Shown one piece after another: positions 48,264-56,748 of a DNA stretch of 64,000 nucleotides. The position numbers were made by a program, and so were the translations under genes. This DNA comes from a virus. The notes beneath the pieces were generated by a model. It saw nothing but the letters and a program-made list of their open reading frames with translations. It ran no database searches and had not been told where the DNA came from. The stretch spans positions 1 through 64,000 of the IMG/VR virus record IMGVR_UViG_3300025941_000018; one strand, 5' to 3'. Every line of letters starts with the position of its first letter. Positions within the stretch are counted from its first letter, which is position 1.

Positions 48264-50776
48264 GCGCCGTTAGCCATCATCGGCTGATTCACGGGCGGAA
48301 GTTGCGGCGTTAGCGGTGGCCCTGGCTCTCGTCCTGGCGGCATCATCGGCGGCGTCCCAGGCATCGGCGGCCCGCTCGGCGGCATCATCGGCGCAACAAT
48401 CATTCCGACCATCTGCTGCAACACCTTCAGGTCATCCGAGTTTTTCTTAGTCGCCTCAAGCAACGGTTGCAACTCAGGTTGAAGCTGCTGCATCACTTGG
48501 TCCACGACCTGTTTTAGCTGCTGCTCAGCCTGTGCCTTCTGTTCCTCGGGCGTCGTGTTTGGCCCGACGTTCCGGAGTTTGAAGTCCCGATCCACGCCAG
48601 CCTTTTGCGCGATCTGGTTGGCGATGTCAATGAGCTGGTCGGCACCCAATGCCTGAACCATGCCCGGGATTTGAAGCAACGGTTGCATAAGTTGGCTCAT
48701 GGCAATTGCGACCTGGGCGTCGTTCGTGCGGTCTTCGCCGTCGCGGGTCGAAGCAAAGAGCCACATGTCGATAGCGGTGGCCTGCTTCTTCACGCGCGCC
48801 GTGTGGTATTTGTCCCGCACGTTGAGATCCTTGTCCACGAAAGTAAAGCCCATGGCGTTCAGTTGCTCCTTGGTCAGTGGGGTCTCAGCGGGGATATGCG
48901 CGTACATGTCGTCGTCGCCGTAGGCCATCAGGCCGCAGTAGATTTGCCGCTTCCAAGCCTCGCAGAGAATATCGACTGGCGTAGCGGTGAACGTCTGCCG
49001 GCTGGAAGTGCTCTGCGCGATGTTCCGGACCTCTTCGCGCGTCTGCTCATGGCTGGCGGCCTGAGCGACTTCGTGGCTGCTCATTACCAATAGCCGTTCG
49101 AGTACGTCGAGGATGGTCTTTAGGACGTTGATCAACTCGGCGGTGTTGCCCTTGGGCAGCGCGAAAGTCTGGACGGCTTCACTGACCTTGTTCTGGCCAC
49201 GGCTGGCTTTCTTGCCTGAGTAGCCGAACACGTTCAGAAAACGGTAAAGCCCCTCGCCGATGCCTGCGATGCGCTTCTTCGTGTCCTCCGGTATCTGGTC
49301 CTCATCGACCATCGTGATGTTGGCGAGGTTCTGCTTCGCCGTCAGGATGATCTGGTTGAGGACATTCGTGAACTGGTCTTGGAACGGCAGGATTTCCAGA
49401 CTCATTGAGGCATTGCGGCTGCGGCTTTCGTCGGCGTCATACCCGGCGTAGAGCACCGGGCAGTAGGGCAGGGGTGCCGCGTAGATGATCGTGCAACCGT
49501 CGCCGGCAAGGACAAACCTGAACCAGACGGGATGGTCGTAGTCGCCAAGCCCGTTCTCACTCGGCACCAACTTTTCGAAATATTCGGTCACCAGAACGCC
49601 TTGGTCCAAGTGGTCGGTGCCGTAGTATTGATTAGCCAAATCCTTCTCACGGTCGAGTTGGCCGGTGCCGACTCCAGCCGTGTAAACCGGGGCTGCGCCG
49701 TCGATTGCTGGCGCCGGGGCTGGTGGAACAGCCACGCCCATTTTCATCGTGCAAGCGGAATAGACAGAGGTGAAGAACAGGCGATTGTTGACCAGCAGAT
49801 CCGCGGTGCCCAGGCTCACCTTGTCCGTGTTCCAGAAGCCGCTGGTGAGAATGTCGCGGTAACGCGCCACGCGCCAGGCACCGAAAAACTGGCAGCCGCT
49901 GTCCGAGTTGTAGGTATAAGCGCCGTGGGCGAGGTCTTTGAAATATCGGGTGGGATGCCAGTGCTGGTAGCGCAATCCCTCGCGGGTGGTCACCTTGATT
50001 TCATCCCCGGCATTGACCGGTGTGCCATCCTCCTTCTTCTTTTCCATCAGGACATCTTCCTGATCGGCAATCTTCACCTGCGTCTCCGAGTGCCACTCCT
50101 CTTTCGGAGTCATAAAGCACTCGCCGTAATGGAGCATTTTGAAAACGCCCTGCTTCAGCACGTCGAAGTAACTGTATTGCGTCGAGATGCCCTGGACGCG
50201 ATCGGTCAGCGCCTCGCACTTTACCCGCAACTGCGTCGTGGCTTTCACCGGCTCGTACTTGAGGAACGGTATCAGCCGACGGTCGTTCATCAGCTTCGCC
50301 CAGCGGATCGTCAGGTAGGCGCGGACCAGTGGAACGAAAACATTGAAGAAAATCGGCAGGTTGAAAACCTTCTTCCCGGTGTCGGCGCCGGTTCTCGGGT
50401 CCTTCTGCTGCTCGATTAGCGACGTCAGTCCCCAGTCCTGAAGCTGTTTGTAAACCGTGTCCTCATCGGGGTTGCTGTCGATCAGGGAAGCGATCAAGGT
50501 CGGGCTTATTTGCCGAAACGGGGTGTCCCATGCCTGGTCGAGCGCGTAGTAGGTTTTCCAGTCACGAAAGTTTCGGTCCATGCCCTCCTGAACACGCGAC
50601 CTGATTCGGTTCCACAGCGCCCAGCGTTTGTCCTGCTGTGTTGCGGTCAGCGGGTCGTAGCCAGGATCGCCGAGTTTTGCGCTGCCGTGCTGCAGGTCCT
50701 TCGGGTCGCCCTGCAAATTCTGGCGCAGGGTTTCGGCGGTGATGCCCCGCTTGGTAAGGATTGTAAGATCGATCAT
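48260..50776 (-). CDS. probable portal protein (838 aa)
   Basis: Size, position at the head of the structural operon, ILPFQDQF..VLNQII helix, Gln/Pro-rich C-terminus as in P22-like portals. Confidence 0.7.
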   Translation of the reverse strand: MIDLTILTKRGITAETLRQNLQGDPKDLQHGSAKLGDPGYDPLTATQQDKRWALWNRIRSRVQEGMDRNFRDWKTYYALDQAWDTPFRQISPTLIASLIDSNPDEDTVYKQLQDWGLTSLIEQQKDPRTGADTGKKVFNLPIFFNVFVPLVRAYLTIRWAKLMNDRRLIPFLKYEPVKATTQLRVKCEALTDRVQGISTQYSYFDVLKQGVFKMLHYGECFMTPKEEWHSETQVKIADQEDVLMEKKKEDGTPVNAGDEIKVTTREGLRYQHWHPTRYFKDLAHGAYTYNSDSGCQFFGAWRVARYRDILTSGFWNTDKVSLGTADLLVNNRLFFTSVYSACTMKMGVAVPPAPAPAIDGAAPVYTAGVGTGQLDREKDLANQYYGTDHLDQGVLVTEYFEKLVPSENGLGDYDHPVWFRFVLAGDGCTIIYAAPLPYCPVLYAGYDADESRSRNASMSLEILPFQDQFTNVLNQIILTAKQNLANITMVDEDQIPEDTKKRIAGIGEGLYRFLNVFGYSGKKASRGQNKVSEAVQTFALPKGNTAELINVLKTILDVLERLLVMSSHEVAQAASHEQTREEVRNIAQSTSSRQTFTATPVDILCEAWKRQIYCGLMAYGDDDMYAHIPAETPLTKEQLNAMGFTFVDKDLNVRDKYHTARVKKQATAIDMWLFASTRDGEDRTNDAQVAIAMSQLMQPLLQIPGMVQALGADQLIDIANQIAQKAGVDRDFKLRNVGPNTTPEEQKAQAEQQLKQVVDQVMQQLQPELQPLLEATKKNSDDLKVLQQMVGMIVAPMMPPSGPPMPGTPPMMPPGREPGPPLTPQLPPVNQPMMANGA

Positions 50777-50780
50777 GAAA

Positions 50781-51062
50781 TCAGTAGGCTTCGGCCTTCT
50801 TGCCCGTCTGCTTCGACTTCAGGTAGTCCATCGGCTTAATCGGCGCGGCTTTTGGTTTGGCGGGCACAGCTTTGACCTTGGTAATGCTCTGCACGTCGGC
50901 CATGATCTGCGCCTCGCCTTCTGGCTCTGCCTCGGAGTCCGCTTCTTCCCCCTCTTCACCAGGGAGGGTTTTGACTTTTACCATGAGCACATCGCCGGGC
51001 AGACAACCTTTGAGTGCGGGATGGTCACTTGGCAGCGCAATCTGAATTGGCGGCTTCATCAT
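50781..51062 (-). CDS. hypothetical protein (93 aa)
   Basis: First gene of the structural operon. Confidence 0.6.
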   Translation of the reverse strand: MMKPPIQIALPSDHPALKGCLPGDVLMVKVKTLPGEEGEEADSEAEPEGEAQIMADVQSITKVKAVPAKPKAAPIKPMDYLKSKQTGKKAEAY

Positions 51063-51113
51063 GGGCTACTCCTACGCTTGCAACTGGCCACGCGCAAGCT
51101 TAATGTTTCCGCC
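51063..51113. promoter_or_regulatory. overlapping divergent promoters
   Basis: + strand TTGCAA-N17-TAATGT-N7-ATG(51114); - strand TTGCGC-N17-TAGGAG-N6-ATG(51062). Confidence 0.55.
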
Positions 51114-51320
51114 ATGACCGACGAATGGCAAGATAACACGCAAGAAAATCCGTTCTTCAAATCCCGTCAGCCAGTTGAAGTTGAATACACAGACGGAAAA
51201 ACCCGCGTGATTGGCTGCCCTCGTTGCGCCACCGGCAGCTTTCTTTTAGTCAAACGCTGGCGCGTCAAACCTCAAACCACCCAACCAAATGAAACTACTC
51301 GGCAACCGAATCCTCATTGA
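51114..51320 (+). CDS. small protein with CxxC
   Basis: MTDEWQ...GCPRCA; ATG at 51114. Confidence 0.5.
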   Translation: MTDEWQDNTQENPFFKSRQPVEVEYTDGKTRVIGCPRCATGSFLLVKRWRVKPQTTQPNETTRQPNPH

Positions 51321-51552
51321 ACCCATCGAAGAAGCCTCTGGCCCTATCGAAGCCCCGCAACTTTCCAAGCGCGTCACGCCTTTTGGCCGGGTCGCGATGC
51401 TCGGTGATGGGCCTCACATGCCACCCGAACTCGCCATCGGCCAGCGGGTCCATGTCGATGTTGACCGTGGCCACGTCGCCGTCGCTCACGAAGGCCGCCC
51501 GCATCGCATCGTCTCCGTGCTCGACGTGCAACTGATCTTCGCCGATGCCTAA
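51289..51552 (+). CDS. groES: GroES-like co-chaperonin
   Basis: MKLLGNRILIEP...GRVAMLGDG...LAIGQRV...HRIVSVLDVQLI. Confidence 0.8.
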   Translation: MKLLGNRILIEPIEEASGPIEAPQLSKRVTPFGRVAMLGDGPHMPPELAIGQRVHVDVDRGHVAVAHEGRPHRIVSVLDVQLIFADA

Positions 51553-53104
51553 CGACGCCGATGGTAATTGGTATCCCGACTTGTTCGATAAGCAGTTGGA
51601 AGTTCTAAATTCCCAGGCGCGCGCCCTTCTTGTTAGCGGCCCACGCCTGAGTGGCAAAACTCGAGGTACCCTTCACCGTATCGTTCGCCATCTCTGGGAA
51701 ACTCCAGATGCCCGTGTGGCGATGTTCTCGCGCACGGTCAAAAACTCCAAAGAAGGCGGCACTTGGTCCCTGCTGCACGATGTCGTTCTAAAGGAGTGGA
51801 TCGACGCAAAAATCGGCTTGCGATACACGACCCTGAGTGCCGAGAAGCGGCCCGGTTTCAAGCTCGACAGCCTCAGCCGCACCCTTTACTTCCGCATCCG
51901 CAATGTCCATGGCGGCGAGTCCACCTGCATGTTGTTCTCACTCGACCATGACCCGGACATCGAGGACAAGCTGAAGGAGATGGAGTTTTCCATGATTTAT
52001 TTCTCCGAGCTTTCTAAATTCCACGACCGAAAGATCCTCGGGGTGTCGCTGCTTTCGCTTCGCATGTCCCATATTCCTTACGAAAGCCACATGTGGATTG
52101 CTGATACCAACCCAGCCGACGAAGGCGAGTTGTCGTGGATCTATCGAGTGTTCTACGTGGAACGTGTCCAAGATTACGCTGAGTATGTTGTCTGCCAAAA
52201 GAAACTCGGCTTACCGGTACTTGAAGAACGGTTGTTCCTGGCACAGCAACGCGATCTCGCGCTCATTGAGATTAAGCCCGGCGAAAACCCCAGGTTGGAC
52301 CCGAGGCAACTCGACGAACTCAAGTCCCAGAACGCCTACGATGCCGGGTTGTGGGCTAAGTACGTCGAAGGCAAGTGGATTTACGGCGAGGGCGATGCCT
52401 CAATGCACTTCAGGGCTTATTTCAAGCGCAACCTGCACATCGTCGGGGACTGCACGTCGCCTAATGAAGAAGACTGGACCTACGCGAACCCATCACCCGG
52501 AGCCTTCGAATTAGTGCTCGGCCTGGACATCGGCGATGTAAACCATGCGGGCGTTATCCTTAACCGGGATGTCATTAACGGTCGCTCACACTTCACCCTT
52601 ATTGACGAACTGGTTTACCTCAAAAAGGAAATCGCGGTCACCACTTTCACCGAGGATTTCATGGAGTTAATTGAGGCCCACGAGAAAGCGGCCGGGCGGC
52701 AGTATAATCTCGACCGGGCCTGGTCGGACAGCAACTCCATCGAAAAGTACAGCGCGGTGGCCGCTACGTTTCCCTACCTGCAAGTCTATGCAGCGTCGGG
52801 CAATCGCATATTTCTCCGCGCGCTGCCCAAAGCCCAGTCCAAGGGCGGAGTGCGGCAGCGAGTGTCATTGGTGAAAATGCTGCTGCACACTGGCCGGCTA
52901 AAAGTCTCCGCTCATTGCCATTTCGCCATCGCCATGTTTGAGGGTCTTAAAAAGGGGAAGGTGGATTATATCCCGACAGAGGACCCGATGAAGCACATTT
53001 TTGACGCGCTCAGTTATGCGCTCTTTATGGAATGTGCCGAAGAACTCGAAGAGATGCCAGAATCCGGCGGGAGATCAACCGGGATGATTGTGCATGTCCG
53101 TTAG
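51545..53104 (+). CDS. terL: terminase large subunit
   Basis: Walker A GPRLSGKT, Walker B IYFSEL, DTNP coupling motif, LGLDIG and HIFDALSY nuclease motifs. Confidence 0.9.
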   Translation: MPNDADGNWYPDLFDKQLEVLNSQARALLVSGPRLSGKTRGTLHRIVRHLWETPDARVAMFSRTVKNSKEGGTWSLLHDVVLKEWIDAKIGLRYTTLSAEKRPGFKLDSLSRTLYFRIRNVHGGESTCMLFSLDHDPDIEDKLKEMEFSMIYFSELSKFHDRKILGVSLLSLRMSHIPYESHMWIADTNPADEGELSWIYRVFYVERVQDYAEYVVCQKKLGLPVLEERLFLAQQRDLALIEIKPGENPRLDPRQLDELKSQNAYDAGLWAKYVEGKWIYGEGDASMHFRAYFKRNLHIVGDCTSPNEEDWTYANPSPGAFELVLGLDIGDVNHAGVILNRDVINGRSHFTLIDELVYLKKEIAVTTFTEDFMELIEAHEKAAGRQYNLDRAWSDSNSIEKYSAVAATFPYLQVYAASGNRIFLRALPKAQSKGGVRQRVSLVKMLLHTGRLKVSAHCHFAIAMFEGLKKGKVDYIPTEDPMKHIFDALSYALFMECAEELEEMPESGGRSTGMIVHVR

Positions 53105-53422
53105 CAGGCGGGCGAACATCCTGCGCTGCTGCGGTGTCGCCCGGTCGAGATAGGCCAGCTTTTTCTTCCTCCAAAACCTGAGTTGCCGGCCAGGTGCCAG
53201 CAGGTTCACGCCACAACCCTCACTGAACGCAGCCACCACACGCAAAGTCATGCCGTCCCACCGTTCGCACGTCGAGATTTTGCAGATGGTGGATAGCGCC
53301 AGTCCCGAACGCCGCGCGATCTCGTCGTTGGTCATCGGGGACAAACCGTGGCTTTTGCGGGCCAGAAAGCGGCACATTTTCGGCGTGAGCAGATTCAGGT
53401 CTGAGAGGGTGCGGACTTTCAT
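53075..53422 (-). CDS. HTH DNA-binding protein
   Basis: MTNDEIARRSGLALSTICKIS. Confidence 0.65.
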   Translation of the reverse strand: MKVRTLSDLNLLTPKMCRFLARKSHGLSPMTNDEIARRSGLALSTICKISTCERWDGMTLRVVAAFSEGCGVNLLAPGRQLRFWRKKKLAYLDRATPQQRRMFARLLTDMHNHPG

Positions 53423-53468
53423 GGCACGAGGCTAAGGCGTTCTGGCATGGAAAGAGTTTGGCTCGCAC

Positions 53469-53774
53469 TTAGGCGGCGAGAGCTTTAGGCAATGGCTTCC
53501 TGCGGGTCAGATGATGAAGGCGGCACTGCAATCCAGTTGTTATCACCCCACAGTTTGGATGAGAGCAGCGATTGTAACGACTTGGGGTCTTAAAGAATTG
53601 CTTCACCTGACTAAGCTCGGCGGCTAGTCGGTCATCGCCTGCGCGTCTGGCCGCGATGATTTTGTATTTGACCAAGCGAGCTAAACCCGCTCGGTTTGCT
53701 TCTCCCGAAAAGCTGACTCGTTGTTTATGGGGAAGGCCAAGCAGAGACTTGACCCGCATATAGCTGATTTTCAT
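53469..53774 (-). CDS. hypothetical basic protein with Cys/His cluster
   Basis: CSHPNCG...CRLH. Confidence 0.55.
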   Translation of the reverse strand: MKISYMRVKSLLGLPHKQRVSFSGEANRAGLARLVKYKIIAARRAGDDRLAAELSQVKQFFKTPSRYNRCSHPNCGVITTGLQCRLHHLTRRKPLPKALAA

Positions 53775-54475
53775 TCCCGAATCTGATAGGGGTCCACGTT
53801 GTTGGTACGAACAAAGCCAACCCGATAGTAGCCCTGACTCCCCGGAGCATTGGTCACTACCACACTTGCCGCCGGCAACTTAGCCCAGTTGGTCGTGTCG
53901 TGGGTGATTTCCACTGTTACTGGGTCGTAAGTAATGATCGGCTGCGGCCATTGGAACGGCATTGAAAGGTCGCTGTTGGTGCCCGGTGCCAGTGTCTCGG
54001 CTTGAATCCAGTATTTTGAGCCATACAGCAAGTGTGGAATGGCATTGAAATTGGTTGGTGTGAAAAAGTTGGTGCTCACGTCCACTGCTCGGCCTTGGGC
54101 TATTGGCGTGACGAAGATTTGATAGCCACTCGCGCCGGGCACCGGGTCGAACTTTAGATACTTCAACGAATACGTCGCTGGATTGGTCGCGCCAACAACC
54201 ACCACATCGGGCGGCATTGGTGGAAGTTCTATCGCGGCAAGCCTTGCCGCCTGTGGGTCGGGTAGGTGATGCGCAGTTTCTTCCTGAGTGTAGATCGGCG
54301 GATTCCACTGCACCGGCTCAGAGGTCACGGAATGAAACTGCGCTGGTGGCGTGAACGGCTGCCCCATCGCAACCACTTGGAGCATGACAGGTGCCGCGAT
54401 GAAGGCTGGGTTAAATGGAACGATGCGCGGGATAGCCCTTATGCTCTCCCACAAGATGGCTGCAAGCGTAATCAT
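53771..54475 (-). CDS. FN3-like domain protein with hydrophobic N-terminus
   Basis: FDPVPGASGYQI...YGSKYWI...NSDLS; TN-rich. Confidence 0.6.
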   Translation of the reverse strand: MITLAAILWESIRAIPRIVPFNPAFIAAPVMLQVVAMGQPFTPPAQFHSVTSEPVQWNPPIYTQEETAHHLPDPQAARLAAIELPPMPPDVVVVGATNPATYSLKYLKFDPVPGASGYQIFVTPIAQGRAVDVSTNFFTPTNFNAIPHLLYGSKYWIQAETLAPGTNSDLSMPFQWPQPIITYDPVTVEITHDTTNWAKLPAASVVVTNAPGSQGYYRVGFVRTNNVDPYQIRE

Positions 54476-54786
54476 TTGGCCCCTTTCACCGCCCCAGCGA
54501 CCGCTCCTTGCACGATGAGGCCAATCAGTTGATCCAAATTTGAACTTGTCACAGAGGCATCATAAGCGCCGATGGTTGATCCACTCGGGTAAGCCCAGAC
54601 ATTGCTTCCGGTCCCCGCTTGACCCGTGGTGTTCCTGAATTTCGTCAGCGACGATGTGCTGTCAAAGAAAGTGCAAACCCTTACAATGGTGTTTTCAGAA
54701 CCGTCCGGCTTCTTGGTGGTGCTTGAGCGGAGATAAGCGCAGCCGCACAGCAGGGCCAGTGGTAGGATTAGGGCGAGTCTTTTCAT
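54472..54786 (-). CDS. lipoprotein
   Basis: Signal peptide with lipobox LLCGC. Confidence 0.75.
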   Translation of the reverse strand: MKRLALILPLALLCGCAYLRSSTTKKPDGSENTIVRVCTFFDSTSSLTKFRNTTGQAGTGSNVWAYPSGSTIGAYDASVTSSNLDQLIGLIVQGAVAGAVKGAK

Positions 54787-55061
54787 AATCAGTAGTCGTC
54801 TGCGGTGTAAGGGTAGGATTGTCGTTTCGTATTTGCCTGGTTCAGCCCAAGGCGTCGAATTAAGCTGGATTCCGTGCGCTTGACTTGCTTGACGGTGGTT
54901 CGAAGCTCGCGGGCGGTTTGCTCCGGGGGTGCGCCGACAAACATTGCTTGCAGAATTCTCGCCTGTCGCTCATCGGAAGTTAGATGTTTTCGGGCGCTCA
55001 ATCTGTACAAGCAATACGCCCGTCCGAAGACGGGCGCAAGCTTTGAATTGAACCGATTGGC

Positions 55062-55388
55062 TTACGGCTTGGCGGTTGGCGCGCCGAGCGTCAATCCCAA
55101 GTTTGCAGCATTAGCTCCGGTCGTGTGGACCAGGATCGTGTCCTGAACATCCACAACTCCAGATCCGAGATCGGCATCGCCATCGACCAAATAGGTCGTA
55201 TCGTCCGGGGAGTCGGGCGTTACCAGAGTCGCGGACATGCCATCAGCGGCGGGTGTTACGGTGCCAGCGCCGGATACCACAGACCAGACGGGAATGCCGT
55301 CGAGTTTTGCAGGCTTTCCGGTGGCAGTTACGGGCTTTAGTGTGGCAACAACTTGCTGCTCATTTGTCAGTGTGATTTCTGCGGGCAT
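55062..55388 (-). CDS. Ig-like beta protein
   Basis: MPAEITLTNEQQVVATLKP...LDGIPVWSV...DADLGSGV; the ORF extends upstream to 55544. Confidence 0.6.
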   Translation of the reverse strand: MPAEITLTNEQQVVATLKPVTATGKPAKLDGIPVWSVVSGAGTVTPAADGMSATLVTPDSPDDTTYLVDGDADLGSGVVDVQDTILVHTTGANAANLGLTLGAPTAKP

Positions 55389-55567
55389 ATGATTTTGACC
55401 TTTCTTATTGAAGGGAAGCCCGAAACCGAAATTGAGCCGGGCGGCCCGTCGTTTTTTGTTCTTCTTACACTTCGCCTCAAGTTGTGAGGCAAATTCTTTA
55501 ATCGCTTTACGCATGGCCTTTTTCATTCGTTCAATCCAGTCCATTCGGAGAGAGCCAGAATCTAGCC

Positions 55568-55810
55568 CTAATCATGGCGCTTGTCACGCGGGGGATTGTC
55601 CTTACCTTTCTTGCCGTTGGGTGTTACCTCCCCGCGCATAAGTTCACCAGCCGGAAAGATTGCCAGCGGACGATATTCCCGCCCCGCCTCGCCCGCCCAA
55701 TGGATTACCGCGACGGCGACCTGTCCATCGCGCTCACTTTCCCAAACGACGCCAGCCCCACATTGCGATGCGCCCTTGAGTCGGAATATGATTTTTTCAC
55801 CGCGAATCAT
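55568..55810 (-). CDS. hypothetical protein
   Basis: ATG overlapping the stop of the upstream membrane peptide (TAATG). Confidence 0.5.
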   Translation of the reverse strand: MIRGEKIIFRLKGASQCGAGVVWESERDGQVAVAVIHWAGEAGREYRPLAIFPAGELMRGEVTPNGKKGKDNPPRDKRHD

Positions 55811-55983
55811 TACGAGTGAACTGGCTGGCCGAACACTTTCCAACCCAGCAATAAAAGCAGGATGAAAAGCAGCAGTGTGCCGCCGAGTGGTTTGAACGGG
55901 CTTCCGGTCGCTGGCCAGTTTGACCAGAGGCCGAACACCAGCCATAGAAGCATTAAAACCCAATAGATTAATTGAAAACTCAT
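55810..55983 (-). CDS. small two-TM membrane protein (57 aa), absent from ORF track
   Basis: Manual translation MSFQLIYWVLMLLWLVFGLWSNWPATGSPFKPLGGTLLLFILLLLLGWKVFGQPVHS. Confidence 0.75.
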   Translation of the reverse strand: MSFQLIYWVLMLLWLVFGLWSNWPATGSPFKPLGGTLLLFILLLLLGWKVFGQPVHS

Positions 55984-56047
55984 AATTTGCCTTTCGTTGT
56001 TGTGTGCAAGCCTAAGCCCTAATCGCCTTTTGGCAATGGGGCCATTT

Positions 56048-56395
56048 TCATATCAGCTTACTCTTGATCTCAGCAACCATGCGCTTAGTTTCCTGGGCGG
56101 CTGCTTCCATTCGGACAACCGCGTCCAGCGTCTCCTCTGCCTTTCGGATGCGGGTATGATAATTGTCTAGCCGATCCTCAATGCGGGTTAGCGTGACGGC
56201 ATTTTCCTGCCTGACTATCACCGCAGACTTGTCGTTCTCCTTCATTTCCCGTTCCAACTCGGCGAGTTGTTTGCTCATGGATTCTTGGTTGAATTGAGAG
56301 CGAAACCAGGTAGCCGCTCCAGCGAGCAGGATGCCGATCCAAGTAACCACGTTCCCAATCGTGATTTCCAAAAAGTTCTTCGGGTCTTGTGCCAT
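56048..56395 (-). CDS. single-TM coiled-coil protein (holin/lysis-associated)
   Basis: N-terminal TM ITIGNVVTWIGILLAGAATWF plus coiled coil. Confidence 0.6.
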   Translation of the reverse strand: MAQDPKNFLEITIGNVVTWIGILLAGAATWFRSQFNQESMSKQLAELEREMKENDKSAVIVRQENAVTLTRIEDRLDNYHTRIRKAEETLDAVVRMEAAAQETKRMVAEIKSKLI

Positions 56396-56430
56396 GCGAG
56401 CGTCATGTTAATCACCGTGTTTGATTTGGG

Positions 56431-56748
56431 CTAAGGCTTTTTCTTAGAGAGAGCTTCATCGAGTTTATTCTGTGATGCGAGATGCGCCTTATATTCTTTC
56501 TCTGCTTGTACGGCTCGTTCCTGATAGGACTGATTCTCCGGGCTGCTGTCGGCAAGCTGCCGAAGCGCAACCGCGCCCACCCCAAGGGCAGCGCCCATTG
56601 CTTTGTTGCTCAGGGCGTGAATCGCAACTGTGTCGGTCTTCACGTCCTTAATGTCGTCGCCGTTTCGCCAGGATTTGATGAAGCTTCCCAACGCCAGAAT
56701 GGTCGGCGCTATGGCAACGATTAGAGCGGTTTGAACGGCGTCGGTCAT
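56431..56748 (-). CDS. holin-like membrane protein
   Basis: VQTALIVAIAPTILALGSFI...IHALSN. Confidence 0.6.
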   Translation of the reverse strand: MTDAVQTALIVAIAPTILALGSFIKSWRNGDDIKDVKTDTVAIHALSNKAMGAALGVGAVALRQLADSSPENQSYQERAVQAEKEYKAHLASQNKLDEALSKKKP

